A stretch of 64,000 nucleotides of DNA from Alphaproteobacteria bacterium (GCA_031549365.1 JAVBPX010000001.1:96001-160000), one strand, 5' to 3'. Numbered from the stretch's first letter, positions 9,960-20,738 are shown. Made by a program: numbers and translations. The notes: generated by a model not told the origin, from the letters alone.

Positions 9960-11009
9960 ATGGGGACGACAATGTCAAAATTTCTATCTATTGTATTTGG
10001 AATACTTGGTGTTGTCGTCCTGTTATCCTTGGGACAGTCTGTAATTGTTCCATTTTTGGTCGCAATATTTGGCTGGTATTTAATTAATGCTCTGGCTACA
10101 TATTACGCCATGGTTATGCCACGCCCGAAATCAAAATGGACAAAAATATTTTCATTACTTTTTTCAATTGCAACCACCATTGGATTGGTCTGGTTGTTTG
10201 TAATTGAAATGACTCCAAACATCCATTTATTTATGGAAAGATGGCCTCAAATCCAATCAAAATTAATTATATTTTTACGCCAACTATTGGAACCTGTTGG
10301 AATTACAATATCAACATCTGCGATGAATATGGAATTTAATGAAATTGCTATGGCATTTCGTTCATCCCTGGCGGGATTATTTACATCCATGGGGTTAATA
10401 TTGGTGTATATATTCTTTATGTTTATTGAACAAGGAACTTTTGTTAATAAAATTCGTGCTCTTTTCTCTGAAAACAATCAGCACAAAAAAATCCTGCGAA
10501 TATTTCGTGACATCGACCATAATATGAAAAAATATTTATTTATCAGAACTGTAATGTCATCCATGATGGGTGTGTCATCTTATTTATGGATGTCCTACTT
10601 TAATTTGGAATTGGCTGGTTTTTGGGCATTTTTAATATTCGTATTAATGTATATTCCAACATTTGGATCAATTCTGGCATGTGCATTGCCTATACTTTAT
10701 TCATTGTTATTCTTTCGCGATATATCGGACACCATTACAATGGGACTTGGGATCGCAGCATTACAAATTGTTATCGGAAATATATTGGAACCAAAATTGA
10801 CCGGACAGACTTTGAATTTATCCACTTTGGCCATATTGGTAAACTTGGTATTCTGGGGAATTTTATGGGGACCCGTTGGAATGTTTTTCAGTGTCCCATT
10901 GTTGGTCGCAATATTGGTTGTAACATCACAATTTGATTCGATGCGTCCATTTGCAATTTTATTGTCCGCGAACGGAATAATCCCAGACAAGGAAGAAGAC
11001 GATAATTAA
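9960..11009 (+). CDS. AI-2E family transporter
   Basis: YIPTFGS, IGNILEPKLTG, FWGILWGPVGMFFSVPL motifs. Confidence 0.9.
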   Translation: MGTTMSKFLSIVFGILGVVVLLSLGQSVIVPFLVAIFGWYLINALATYYAMVMPRPKSKWTKIFSLLFSIATTIGLVWLFVIEMTPNIHLFMERWPQIQSKLIIFLRQLLEPVGITISTSAMNMEFNEIAMAFRSSLAGLFTSMGLILVYIFFMFIEQGTFVNKIRALFSENNQHKKILRIFRDIDHNMKKYLFIRTVMSSMMGVSSYLWMSYFNLELAGFWAFLIFVLMYIPTFGSILACALPILYSLLFFRDISDTITMGLGIAALQIVIGNILEPKLTGQTLNLSTLAILVNLVFWGILWGPVGMFFSVPLLVAILVVTSQFDSMRPFAILLSANGIIPDKEEDDN

Positions 11010-11039
11010 AAATAAACCAGAAACAAAATTTAAAAACTT

Positions 11040-11064
11040 GGGGCCCAATTTGGGCCCCACTTTT
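11040..11064. terminator. bidirectional intrinsic terminator
   Basis: GGGGCCCAA-TT-TGGGCCCC hairpin flanked by A/T runs between convergent genes. Confidence 0.75.
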
Positions 11065-11645
11065 TATTTAACTGATTTTATTTTCTTTGTTGCTTCTATT
11101 GTATATGTGACTGCGGACCAAATTGATAAAATCATTGCGATCCATAAACATAACATTGAAGCATAAAACACCAATTCCATAAATTTCGAATAAATGTATG
11201 GTGTACGAACCAAGGCTAAAAACAAATACAGACCGCTAATTGAAATAAATTGTGTGGCTGCTTTGATTTTACCAATTGAAAATCTTGGCTTTGGCACAGG
11301 CAATGAAATTTTCATTGATCCCAACCATTCGCGTAACCCAGATACATATAATTCACGCAAAATCATTAATATTGATGGTATCACACATGCCCATGCGCCC
11401 CACACAACCATCAATAACATTAATGCGATTGCCACCAAAAATTTATCACCCATGTGATCCATTACGCCGCCAAATTTGCTCTCCACTTTGTATTTTCTGG
11501 CCAAATACCCGTCAAAAAAATCCGTTGCTGCTGCGATTGAAAAAACAATAAACGCCGCACCAAACATTTGATTCATTGCCAATGGAATCAATGTAAAAGC
11601 ACCAATAATTCGAAATATAGTTAAAGCGTTAACAAATGTTTTCAT
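11064..11645 (-). CDS. pgsA: CDP-diacylglycerol--glycerol-3-phosphate 3-phosphatidyltransferase
   Basis: NALTIFRI, TDFFDGYLAR...GGVMDHMGDK CDP-alcohol phosphotransferase motif; uvrC-pgsA synteny. Confidence 0.9.
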   Translation of the reverse strand: MKTFVNALTIFRIIGAFTLIPLAMNQMFGAAFIVFSIAAATDFFDGYLARKYKVESKFGGVMDHMGDKFLVAIALMLLMVVWGAWACVIPSILMILRELYVSGLREWLGSMKISLPVPKPRFSIGKIKAATQFISISGLYLFLALVRTPYIYSKFMELVFYASMLCLWIAMILSIWSAVTYTIEATKKIKSVK

Positions 11646-11671
11646 TTAAAACTCCCTTTTGTTTATAATAT

Positions 11672-13471
11672 TTACCCTAGCGCGTCTTTGTGAAAAAATC
11701 TATATATTTTTTCAGCCGTTGATTTTGAAATACCATCAACCTTGGTCAAATTTTCGATTGAAGCGTCAATTATCCCGTTAACACTGCCGAAATATGCCAA
11801 TAATGCTTTTTTGCGCGTGCCGCCAATCCCCTCGATTGCGTCCAGCGCGGACCCAACCGCAGATTTTGCCCGTTGTTTTCGGTGAAATGATATTGCGAAT
11901 CGATGTGCTTCATCACGAACCGCACCCATTAAATTAAACAACTTGGTGTCCTTTTCAATTTTAACCTCTGACCCATCTGGCATTATGAAATGTTCATCGC
12001 CGGATCGAACCACACCCTTGACCACGCCCAATGTTGGAATATCCAAGCCAATTTCATTTTGAACCGATTTTGCAACATTCCATTGTGCGCGACCACCGTC
12101 AACAATAATTAAGCTCGGGATTGTTCCTTGTACTTCCGCTTTGGAATAACGTCGTAATAAAAATTCATGCATCATGCCGATGTCATTGCCGGCCATGGCT
12201 AAATCCTCCAATTTAAAATGGCGATATTCTTTTTTGTTAAAACCGTCCGCGCCAAATACAATCATGGACCCAACAGGATGTTTTCCAAACAAATGCGAAT
12301 TATCAAAAACATCAACCCTATTAATTTCAATACCCAACCAATTTTTTAAATCATTAATTGGCTCATCCCATTTTTTTATATTGTTTACAGAAAACCTCCG
12401 CGAGGATAACATTTGTTGTTCAATTTGATCGATTGCCCCCTTGTCTGATCCGTGCGCCATATTAATGTTAATTTTTCGTCCAAATTTTTCACGTAAAACT
12501 TTGGCCACATTTTCAGATATTTGAATTGATGTAACAATATTGATGTTATCTGTACAATCATTGTAAAACCATAATATGCTGGATTCCAGAATTTCCGAAT
12601 TTGTCATATCATCCGTGTGTTTTGGATAAATTGTTTGTGCGGAAATAATTTGACCATTGCGTTGCCTAGTAATCCCAACAATTGGTTGCGCCCCATCAAA
12701 CACACCAACAAAATAATCAACATTTCGGGTATCATGCTTGCCTTGTTTCACAGTTGTTGATATGGCTTGGATTTGATCTCTGAAACGCGTTGCGCTTTCG
12801 TAATCCATTTTATTTGATGCCGCCGCCATCTTAACTGATAATTCGCGAATCAAATCATCCGATTTCCCGGATAATACAGAACGTGCAAATTCAACATTTT
12901 TAATATATTCACCATGCGAAATTTTATCGCAACATGGACCAGAACACCGACCAATTTGATACAACAGACATGGCCTCACACGGTTTTTAAACATAGCATT
13001 GGAACAAGTCCGTAATAAACAAACCCTCTGAATTAACTTGACTGTTTCATTTAATGCGCCAACTGATGGGTACGGCCCAAACACATCACGTTTTGCTGTA
13101 ATTTTTCCACGAAATTTAATCAAGCGCGGAAAATTATCATCACTGATGTTCATCAATGGATACATTTTATCATCAGTTAATAAAATATTATATTTTGGGG
13201 CCCTATTTTTTATCAAATCAGATTCTAATATCAAAGCCTCGGTCTCGGTCTTGGTTGTTAAAATATCAACCTTATCAATCTGCAAAACCATTTGCCCAAT
13301 ACGTGCCGACACCTTGGATAAATCAGTATACTGATTTAAACGCTTTTTTAAATTCTTGGCCTTGCCTACATATAACAGTTTTGATTCATGATCAAACATC
13401 TGATAAACCCCTGGGGTTTCCGGGGCATTTTCGATTAAAATTTTTAATTTTTCTACTTTCATTATTTGCAA
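11672..13471 (-). CDS. uvrC: excinuclease ABC subunit C
   Basis: GIY-YIG (PGVYQM, LYVGKAKNL), Cys cluster, DNSH, DGG, RDEAHRFA, HhH. Confidence 0.96.
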   Translation of the reverse strand: MQIMKVEKLKILIENAPETPGVYQMFDHESKLLYVGKAKNLKKRLNQYTDLSKVSARIGQMVLQIDKVDILTTKTETEALILESDLIKNRAPKYNILLTDDKMYPLMNISDDNFPRLIKFRGKITAKRDVFGPYPSVGALNETVKLIQRVCLLRTCSNAMFKNRVRPCLLYQIGRCSGPCCDKISHGEYIKNVEFARSVLSGKSDDLIRELSVKMAAASNKMDYESATRFRDQIQAISTTVKQGKHDTRNVDYFVGVFDGAQPIVGITRQRNGQIISAQTIYPKHTDDMTNSEILESSILWFYNDCTDNINIVTSIQISENVAKVLREKFGRKININMAHGSDKGAIDQIEQQMLSSRRFSVNNIKKWDEPINDLKNWLGIEINRVDVFDNSHLFGKHPVGSMIVFGADGFNKKEYRHFKLEDLAMAGNDIGMMHEFLLRRYSKAEVQGTIPSLIIVDGGRAQWNVAKSVQNEIGLDIPTLGVVKGVVRSGDEHFIMPDGSEVKIEKDTKLFNLMGAVRDEAHRFAISFHRKQRAKSAVGSALDAIEGIGGTRKKALLAYFGSVNGIIDASIENLTKVDGISKSTAEKIYRFFHKDALG

Positions 13472-13529
13472 ACACCACTATTTTATGATATAATAGCGTC
13501 GCAAACATAAAAAAACAAGGGAGTGTTTC

Positions 13530-14006
13530 ATGTTAATTAAAAAATCCGAATCTGGACGTTCCATGATTGAAATGTTGGGTGTTTTGGCAATTATGGGCGT
13601 TTTGACTATCGGCGCCATCCAATTGGTATCATACGCCATGGCGACCCAGAAAAAAGGCACGGTTGAAACCGAAATTGTCCAAATATACCAAGGCGTTCGC
13701 AATATTTTCAGCGCAGCCGAAGATTATTCTGCCCTGGATAACGGCGTATTCGGAGCAATGGGTATTTCACAAAAAAATCCGTATGGCGGAACATATTCTG
13801 TATCGGCTGATGTTTCCAATCCACGCCAATTCACGGTTCATATTAATGGATTGCCAAAATCGGATTGCGAATACTTTAAACTGAAACGCTGGACAGAATC
13901 TGTTGAATATATCAACAGCAACGGCCAACGTGGCGGCGCCGTTGCAACCCCAGCGGATTGCTCGGACCGTGCTGGAAATAATACAGTATCAATTACTTAT
14001 TTCTAA
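13530..14006 (+). CDS. type IV pilin-like protein
   Basis: Class III signal ESG|RSMIEMLGVLAIMGVL; C-terminal NPYGG...INGLPKSDC like PilS-type pilins. Confidence 0.85.
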   Translation: MLIKKSESGRSMIEMLGVLAIMGVLTIGAIQLVSYAMATQKKGTVETEIVQIYQGVRNIFSAAEDYSALDNGVFGAMGISQKNPYGGTYSVSADVSNPRQFTVHINGLPKSDCEYFKLKRWTESVEYINSNGQRGGAVATPADCSDRAGNNTVSITYF

Positions 14007-14024
14007 ACCACGAAAATCAAACTT

Positions 14025-14047
14025 GGGGCCGATTGGCCCCTTTTTTT
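14025..14047 (+). terminator. intrinsic terminator
   Basis: GGGGCC-GATT-GGCCCC followed by a T run. Confidence 0.8.
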
Positions 14048-14132
14048 AATTGCCTTTTTATGTTGCCCAGGCTTTTATTCTTGACAAAACATTTATTTAA
14101 TATACAATTACCGTAACCAAAAGGCATAAACC

Positions 14133-14795
14133 ATGATTAAACCAGATTGCTTTGATTGTCCGATATCGCCGGGATGCCTGCCATCAACCGCAATGATTTG
14201 CGATGATAAACTGAAAAAAATAATGTTTTCTAACCACGGGGAAAATTGGCTTTGGCTGGTATTGTATCCGCAATTGTCATTTTTAATTTTATCCGCAGAG
14301 ATCACAATGAACCCTCGAATTTTGGGCAATACAGAAACAACCAAAGGCAATCCATATAATCATATCCAAAATTTCATCAAATCATTGGAATTGATGAAAA
14401 ATCAATTTTCATTTATGTCGGCAACATCAGACTTAATAACATATTATGAACTGATTTTAAAATCAACACGGAACAATAAATTATTGCGCGACGATTTTGA
14501 ATATATGGAATTATGCGGACATTATACTGGGAAATGGTCCCAACCCGACAATATAAAAAATATGCACTATGTTACTATAAATAAAATCTTGTTGGATCTA
14601 TCATCCAGTTTCAGCCGTCCTACAAAATTCACCGTGGATAAAAAAACGTACGATCGCCCTGCTTTGTCTGCAAATGACATTAAAAACTTTGAACTTTTTA
14701 CGCAAATCACATCTGAAAGATTTCGTGAATTATCCGAAAACTTTCAAAAAGCATCCATCGGCATATATGACTTTGACGACGACCAAGGGAGATAG
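14133..14795 (+). CDS. hypothetical protein, paralogue 1 of 3
   Basis: TTGACA-17-TACAAT promoter upstream; shares AExxMNP and NxHY motifs with the next two ORFs. Confidence 0.75.
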   Translation: MIKPDCFDCPISPGCLPSTAMICDDKLKKIMFSNHGENWLWLVLYPQLSFLILSAEITMNPRILGNTETTKGNPYNHIQNFIKSLELMKNQFSFMSATSDLITYYELILKSTRNNKLLRDDFEYMELCGHYTGKWSQPDNIKNMHYVTINKILLDLSSSFSRPTKFTVDKKTYDRPALSANDIKNFELFTQITSERFRELSENFQKASIGIYDFDDDQGR

Positions 14796-14806
14796 AGGAC
14801 AAAAAA

Positions 14807-15373
14807 ATGCAAACAAAAACAATTGCAACAAATTTTCCATATCCTTGTTCGGACGAAATGAAAAATGCTATGGAACAATTTCCAAAATCTCTCTATTGGA
14901 CCGAAAGCGTATTTCATTTCATATACGAAAATATTAAATTCGCAGAACTGACAATGAACCCAAAATATATTCATTCAAATAATTCTGATCCAACTCTTCG
15001 ATTCCGCGCATATTATACAAATGTGATGGACGTTATGCGCAGCCTGAATTTAATCCACTATATGGAATTCCCCGAAGTTAAAAATCATTACGATAAAATT
15101 TTGAACGCACTGCGTCCTCGGATTGAAATTGATGACATATTGGATTTATTTGAATTCTGTCGATACGATTTGGCCACATGTACCCCAACCCGAAACAATA
15201 TCCACTATGTTGCTATTATGAAAGTACTCCGTGAATGGAAAGACTCTGCAAACGGCAAACCATCTGTCATTATTGAAAAAATTGGACCAACCGCATCTGG
15301 CATTGCCTATAATAATTTCATAGATTTCACTAATGCTACAATCAAACACGTGCGCAATGAAAAATTAAAATGA
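14807..15373 (+). CDS. hypothetical protein, paralogue 2 of 3
   Basis: RBS GAGG; FAELTMNP, DILDLFE..YDL, NIHY. Confidence 0.75.
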   Translation: MQTKTIATNFPYPCSDEMKNAMEQFPKSLYWTESVFHFIYENIKFAELTMNPKYIHSNNSDPTLRFRAYYTNVMDVMRSLNLIHYMEFPEVKNHYDKILNALRPRIEIDDILDLFEFCRYDLATCTPTRNNIHYVAIMKVLREWKDSANGKPSVIIEKIGPTASGIAYNNFIDFTNATIKHVRNEKLK

Positions 15374-15942
15374 TGTACGAAGATATAATTCATATTGATT
15401 TATACACCGAACTACCCTGTCCAATGCGAGGATGGTGCCACGGACAAAATCAAGATATTATTAATTTTTTTAAAAAACATAAATTTTCACACAACGATTA
15501 TAAAAAAATCCATGCGATTTATAATCATATAATGTGTGCAGAATATTGGCTGGCGCCGCATTTGGTTCATAAAAAATTTCAAGATCCGGTACGCCGATAT
15601 CATTATTACCGGGATTCTGTCATGTCCATAATTAAACAAACAACGGACATTTGGGATGCTCCGTTCCCAGAATTAAATAAACATTATAAATCATTTATTA
15701 AAAACAAATATAACGGCTGTATATATGATTTGGATATTTTGGATTTACTAGAACAAAATTACTATGATTTAAAAACATTGTCCCCTTCATTACAAAACAT
15801 TCATTATCAAATAGCTAGTTCGATAATAGAATTGGCAAAACAAGAAACAAAATTTTCGGCCTCGCAAATTGCACTGCCATCACTGTTATTACAATTTAAA
15901 AATATATTAATCTCAAATATTAAACGCGACAAATTCAAATAA
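15370..15942 (+). CDS. hypothetical protein, paralogue 3 of 3
   Basis: ATGA overlap; CAEYWLAP, DILDLLE..YDL, NIHY. Confidence 0.75.
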   Translation: MMYEDIIHIDLYTELPCPMRGWCHGQNQDIINFFKKHKFSHNDYKKIHAIYNHIMCAEYWLAPHLVHKKFQDPVRRYHYYRDSVMSIIKQTTDIWDAPFPELNKHYKSFIKNKYNGCIYDLDILDLLEQNYYDLKTLSPSLQNIHYQIASSIIELAKQETKFSASQIALPSLLLQFKNILISNIKRDKFK

Positions 15943-15944
15943 TA

Positions 15945-16904
15945 TTATTTATACCGATTATTTGATGACATCACATCAACATTTTTATTCTTGTATAATT
16001 CAACCATTTTATCACGAGCAACAGACAAATAAGTACGCGGATCAAATACATCTGGTTGTTCGGATAATACTTTCCTTATCCCTGCTGTAAAAGCCAACCT
16101 GGAATCAGAATCAACATTTATTTTGCAAATATTTTTTTGAACAGCCAAACGCAATTCAGATTCTGGCACACCATGGGCATTAATTAATCTTCCGCCAAAT
16201 TTATTAATTTCATCAATCAAATATTCCGGCACGGACGAAGCTCCGTGTAATACCAGCGGAAAATTCGGTAATTTTTTTGCAATCTCATCCAAAATATCCA
16301 AACGCAGTTTCGCATTTTCATTTTTAAATTTATACGCCCCATGCGATGTCCCGATTGATATAGCCAAACTGTCGACACCCGTTAATTCTACAAATTTAAC
16401 AACATCATCCGGGTTTGTATACATTGATTTATCGGATTCAATATCTTCCTCTATTCCGCCCAATATTCCCAATTCGCCTTCAACTGAAACATCAAATTTT
16501 TTTGCATATTCAACAACGCGCTTTGTTAATGCAATATTTTCATCAAATGGTAAATCGGAACCATCAATCATAACTGATGAAAAGCCAGAATCAATGGCGT
16601 CAACACATGATTCAAAACTGTTGCCATGATCCAAATGTAGTGCTATCGGGAAACGCCCGCCCATTTCACGCGCATATTCGGTCGCGCCCATCGCCAAATG
16701 TTTTAATAATGTTGATCCCATATACTTTCTAGCGCCCCGGGAAACCTGTAAAATCACGGGGGAACCTGTTTCCGCGCATGCTAAAATTATTGCCTGTAAT
16801 TGTTCCAAATTATTGAAATTGTACGCCGGCACAGCATATTTATTATCATATGCATGTCTAAACATTTCGCGTGTATTTACCAAACCCAAATCTTGATATT
16901 TCAT
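15945..16904 (-). CDS. fba: class II fructose-1,6-bisphosphate aldolase
   Basis: HLDHG, SVMIDGS, VEGELG, GTSHGAYK, VLHGAS, KINVD. Confidence 0.95.
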   Translation of the reverse strand: MKYQDLGLVNTREMFRHAYDNKYAVPAYNFNNLEQLQAIILACAETGSPVILQVSRGARKYMGSTLLKHLAMGATEYAREMGGRFPIALHLDHGNSFESCVDAIDSGFSSVMIDGSDLPFDENIALTKRVVEYAKKFDVSVEGELGILGGIEEDIESDKSMYTNPDDVVKFVELTGVDSLAISIGTSHGAYKFKNENAKLRLDILDEIAKKLPNFPLVLHGASSVPEYLIDEINKFGGRLINAHGVPESELRLAVQKNICKINVDSDSRLAFTAGIRKVLSEQPDVFDPRTYLSVARDKMVELYKNKNVDVMSSNNRYK

Positions 16905-17007
16905 TAGCTCACCTTTGTAGTTGCATTATAGCATAAAAAGACGTGGATTCGAAAATAAATTGAAATACGTCCCTCAAATTACGAGTCCAATAATTTTGTT
17001 AAAAAAT

Positions 17008-17039
17008 CATCCGGGAAAATCAACGATTTCCTCCGGATG
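17008..17039. repeat. intergenic palindrome family B
   Basis: CATCCGGGAAAATCAACGATTTCCTCCGGATG; near-identical copy at 45483-45514. Confidence 0.8.
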
Positions 17040-17075
17040 CAGTAACAGAATATTAAATAATACAAAGAATAAAAT

Positions 17076-19055
17076 TTACACAAATACGTCTTTTACAAAT
17101 TTGGCATGTTCTGTAATAAATTTGAAACGGAACTCTGGTTTTTTCCCCATTAATTCAGCAACTAAAACCCGGGTTTTTTCGGCATCTTCTGCCCCCTCTT
17201 CGGTTTTTTCGGGCAATTCAACACGAATTAAACGACGTGTCCGCGGATCCATTGTCGTTTCTTTTAATTGGTTCGCCATCATTTCACCCAATCCTTTGAA
17301 TCGTGAAATTTCGACTTTTTTATTTTTTAATTTTCCGTTTAATAACTCATCCAATTCTTCGTCGGACGCAACATAAATACTTTCGGTTCCAACCGTTACC
17401 TTGAACAAAGGCGGGCAAGACAAATATAAATGCCCGTTTTGGATTAATCCCGGCATTTGTTGATAGAAAAATGTCATCAACAACGAAGCAATGTGCGATC
17501 CGTCAACGTCAGCGTCGGTCATAATAATTACTTTTTCATAGCGTAATTTTTCATCATCATAATTGCGTAGAGAGCCTGCTCCCAAAGCTTCAATTAAATC
17601 ATTCAATTCTTTGTTTGCTTCGAACTTTTCATTTGAATGCGTCGCAACATTTAAAATTTTTCCGCGCAATGGTAAAATCGCTTGGGTTTCTCTGGAACGC
17701 GCTTGTTTAGCCGTACCGCCCGCGGAATCGCCTTCGACTATGAATAATTCAGTGCCGATCACACCATGCTTTGAACAGTCTGCCAATTTACCCGGTAAAC
17801 GCACGCGCTTGGTCGGAGTTTTACGCGCAACATCTTTGACTTTTTTTGTTTTAATACGCGCATCGGACAACATAATAATGAAATCCAATAACGCATTCGC
17901 AGTCTTTGGATCTGATGCCAAAAATAAATCGAACGGATCCTTCATCGCATTTTCAACATAACGTGCAATTTCTGGATTTGATAATTTTTCCTTGGTCTGC
18001 CCTAAAAATTGTGGGGTTTTATAAAATACAGATAACAAAACAGTCGCAGAATCTAAAACATCCTCGGCCACGATTTGATTGGCGTGTTTATTGCTAATTT
18101 TTTCGCCATAATTTTTTAATCCCTTGACCAATGCAGAACGTAATCCCGATTCATGCGTTCCACCATCAATTGTTGAAATGGTATTGCAATACGAATTGAA
18201 AAATCCATCGTCTGACGCTGCCCCATTTTCATCCGTCAACCAAGATACCGCCCATTCTACATGCCCTAAATCATCTGGGAATTCGACGGACCCTGCAAAA
18301 ATTTTTGGCGTAATTGTTTGTTTTTTTGAAACTACTTGGCTTAAAAAATCCTCGACTCCGTTTTTAAAAAAGAACGTGGCACGATCCGGAATATTCATAT
18401 CCTCGGTTATTAAATCTGGATTGCAAATCCATTCAATTTTAACACCACGTGTTAAAAAAGCTTTGGCGCGCGCCAATCTATATAATTTAACTGGTTTAAA
18501 TACAGCCGCATCACCAAAAATTTGCTCATCCAATGTGAAACGCACCGCAGTTCCATGCCCCTTGGTCGGCGCACCCTGACTAATTTTTGAAACTGTTTTC
18601 CCGCGTGAAAATGTTTGAGTCCATGAATACCCATCCTTGATAACTGTCACAGTCGTATCGGATGATAATGCATTAACAACAGCAGCACCAACACCGTGCA
18701 ATCCGCCGGATGTTTTGTAAACATTGTTGTTAAATTTTCCGCCCGAATGCAATGATGTAAATATAATTTCCAGCGCGGATTTATCTGGGAACTTTGGATG
18801 CGGATCAATCGGAATACCACGACCATTGTCTGAAATTTCAACAGTTTTAGCATCAATTAATTTAAATGTGATTGTATCTGCGAATCCTGCCACAGCCTCG
18901 TCCACGGCATTGTCCAAAATTTCGACCGGCAAATGGTGCCAAGCTTTTTCATCAGTGCCGCCGATATACATTCCCGGGCGCAACCGAACAGGTTCCAGCC
19001 CTTCCAATACTTGAATGTCTGACGCAGAATAAGAATTATTAATTTTTTCACTCAT
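17076..19055 (-). CDS. parE: DNA topoisomerase IV subunit B
   Basis: LEGLEPVRLRPGMYIG, VEGDSAGG, LPLRGKILN, MTDADVDG, RFKGLGEM; 659 aa without the GyrB insert. Confidence 0.93.
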   Translation of the reverse strand: MSEKINNSYSASDIQVLEGLEPVRLRPGMYIGGTDEKAWHHLPVEILDNAVDEAVAGFADTITFKLIDAKTVEISDNGRGIPIDPHPKFPDKSALEIIFTSLHSGGKFNNNVYKTSGGLHGVGAAVVNALSSDTTVTVIKDGYSWTQTFSRGKTVSKISQGAPTKGHGTAVRFTLDEQIFGDAAVFKPVKLYRLARAKAFLTRGVKIEWICNPDLITEDMNIPDRATFFFKNGVEDFLSQVVSKKQTITPKIFAGSVEFPDDLGHVEWAVSWLTDENGAASDDGFFNSYCNTISTIDGGTHESGLRSALVKGLKNYGEKISNKHANQIVAEDVLDSATVLLSVFYKTPQFLGQTKEKLSNPEIARYVENAMKDPFDLFLASDPKTANALLDFIIMLSDARIKTKKVKDVARKTPTKRVRLPGKLADCSKHGVIGTELFIVEGDSAGGTAKQARSRETQAILPLRGKILNVATHSNEKFEANKELNDLIEALGAGSLRNYDDEKLRYEKVIIMTDADVDGSHIASLLMTFFYQQMPGLIQNGHLYLSCPPLFKVTVGTESIYVASDEELDELLNGKLKNKKVEISRFKGLGEMMANQLKETTMDPRTRRLIRVELPEKTEEGAEDAEKTRVLVAELMGKKPEFRFKFITEHAKFVKDVFV

Positions 19056-19155
19056 GCGCCCTATTATAAGGATTTCAATCGCGATTGCAAATTAAAAATG
19101 CCCCTTGACTTTAATCAATGCTAAACTATATACATAACAAAAAGGATTGTATTAA

Positions 19156-20259
19156 ATGGCCAAAAATTTATATGAAATATTGGGTGTATCCAAAACTGCA
19201 AACGATGCTGAAATTAAAAAGGCATACCATAAATTGGTGATGCAATACCATCCCGATCGAAACCCGGATAACAAAGAAGCAGAATCCAAATTCAAAGAAA
19301 TAAACTCTGCCTATGATATTTTGCGCGACCCACAAAAACGTGCGGCCTATGACCAATTTAGCGACGCAGCATTCCAAAATGGTAACACTGGGGGCGGCGC
19401 TGGATTTAACGGGTTTGGCGGCGGATTTGGTGGTTTTGGGGCTGGCGGTGCCGATTTTTCCGACATATTCGAAGATTTATTTGGCGGAATGGGATTTGGC
19501 GGCGGGACAAAACAGCAACGCAACCAACCTGGCCGCGATTTATTACACGAAGTAACAATGTCATTACACGATGCATTTTTGGGAAAAACTGAAACCGTTA
19601 CATTTACAGCTGCATCCAAATGCAAAAAATGCCATGGGCACGGTACGGATAGCGGGAAAGAAGCCCCAACCTGTTCAACCTGTCACGGATCTGGAATGGT
19701 TCGCCGGTCCCAGGGTTTCTTTGCAATGCAAACACCGTGTCCCGAATGTCATGGATCCGGACATATTATTAAAAGCCCATGTACTGAATGTCATGGGAAC
19801 GGCGTTGTTAATGAAAAACGAACATTGGATGTAAAAATACCTGCCGGCGTTATGGACGGCACACGATTACGACTGGCCGGCATGGGCGAAGCATCAGTGC
19901 ACGGTGGCCGCGCGGGTGATTTTTATGTTGATATACGCGTTCGTGCGGATAAAACATTTGACCGCGATGGCGACGATTTGCACCAAACCATATCGGTTCC
20001 ATTTACAACATTGGCAATGGGTGGCAAAATTGATGTTGATACAATTGATGGCAAACCAGTTGAATTAAAAATTGCGGACGGCACCCAAATTGGAACAAAA
20101 ATGCGCGTTCGCGGACGCGGAATGCCCGTTGTTGGTCGCGATTCGCGTGGGGACATGTATGTCCATATAACAACTGATATTCCAAAAAAATTAACGGACA
20201 AACAACGTGAATTGTTGGAAAAATTCGCCGCCGAAAAACCAAAAAAGGGCTGGTTTTAA
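19156..20259 (+). CDS. dnaJ: molecular chaperone DnaJ
   Basis: HPD J-domain, G/F region, four CxxCxGxG repeats. Confidence 0.97.
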   Translation: MAKNLYEILGVSKTANDAEIKKAYHKLVMQYHPDRNPDNKEAESKFKEINSAYDILRDPQKRAAYDQFSDAAFQNGNTGGGAGFNGFGGGFGGFGAGGADFSDIFEDLFGGMGFGGGTKQQRNQPGRDLLHEVTMSLHDAFLGKTETVTFTAASKCKKCHGHGTDSGKEAPTCSTCHGSGMVRRSQGFFAMQTPCPECHGSGHIIKSPCTECHGNGVVNEKRTLDVKIPAGVMDGTRLRLAGMGEASVHGGRAGDFYVDIRVRADKTFDRDGDDLHQTISVPFTTLAMGGKIDVDTIDGKPVELKIADGTQIGTKMRVRGRGMPVVGRDSRGDMYVHITTDIPKKLTDKQRELLEKFAAEKPKKGWF

Positions 20260-20263
20260 TTAT

Positions 20264-20303
20264 TGTTAAATCCAGAATAACATTGTTATTTCCGGATTTA
20301 ACA
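20264..20303. repeat. intergenic palindrome family A
   Basis: TGTTAAATCCAGAATAACATTGTTATTTCCGGATTTAACA. Confidence 0.75.
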
Positions 20304-20418
20304 AACTCAATAATAATTGTAAAAAACCAAAACAAATCTTCATTTTTGCTCATACTTAGCACCAAATGCGACCCATAAAATCCCAATCATATATAGACTG
20401 ATGCAACCTCACGCCTCA

Positions 20419-20461
20419 TGTTAATTCCGTGGAAAATTAAAAATTTTATCCTGAATTAACA
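20419..20461. repeat. intergenic palindrome family A
   Basis: TGTTAATTCCGTGGAAAATTAAAAATTTTATCCTGAATTAACA. Confidence 0.75.
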
Positions 20462-20502
20462 ATCACAATAAAAACATAAAACATTATTTCGTAACCAACA
20501 TT

Positions 20503-20524
20503 AAAACCCGGAATTCCGGGTTTT
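20503..20524. terminator. bidirectional intrinsic terminator
   Basis: AAAACCCGGAATTCCGGGTTTT perfect palindrome. Confidence 0.75.
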
Positions 20525-20528
20525 AATA

Positions 20529-20738
20529 TTAATACGATTTTGAACCATGCTGACCTGTATATGGATTTACATTACCACTGCTGCTCCAGTTATCACTTTT
20601 TGTATGATTTGCGTCGGATCTATAATGACCTTGGACGTGCGTGCCGTTGGATCTTGTATATCCATTAACGTACGTATCTGCCACAGCTGCCGACGAAACA
20701 AATGCCAACACACCAAATAAAACAAGTATTTTTTTCAT
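20529..20738 (-). CDS. small secreted protein (YVxGYxRxNGTxVxGHYR type)
   Basis: MKKILV...AVA signal peptide, RBS AAGGA; YVNGYTRSNGTHVQGHYRS...NVNPYTG. Confidence 0.8.
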   Translation of the reverse strand: MKKILVLFGVLAFVSSAAVADTYVNGYTRSNGTHVQGHYRSDANHTKSDNWSSSGNVNPYTGQHGSKSY

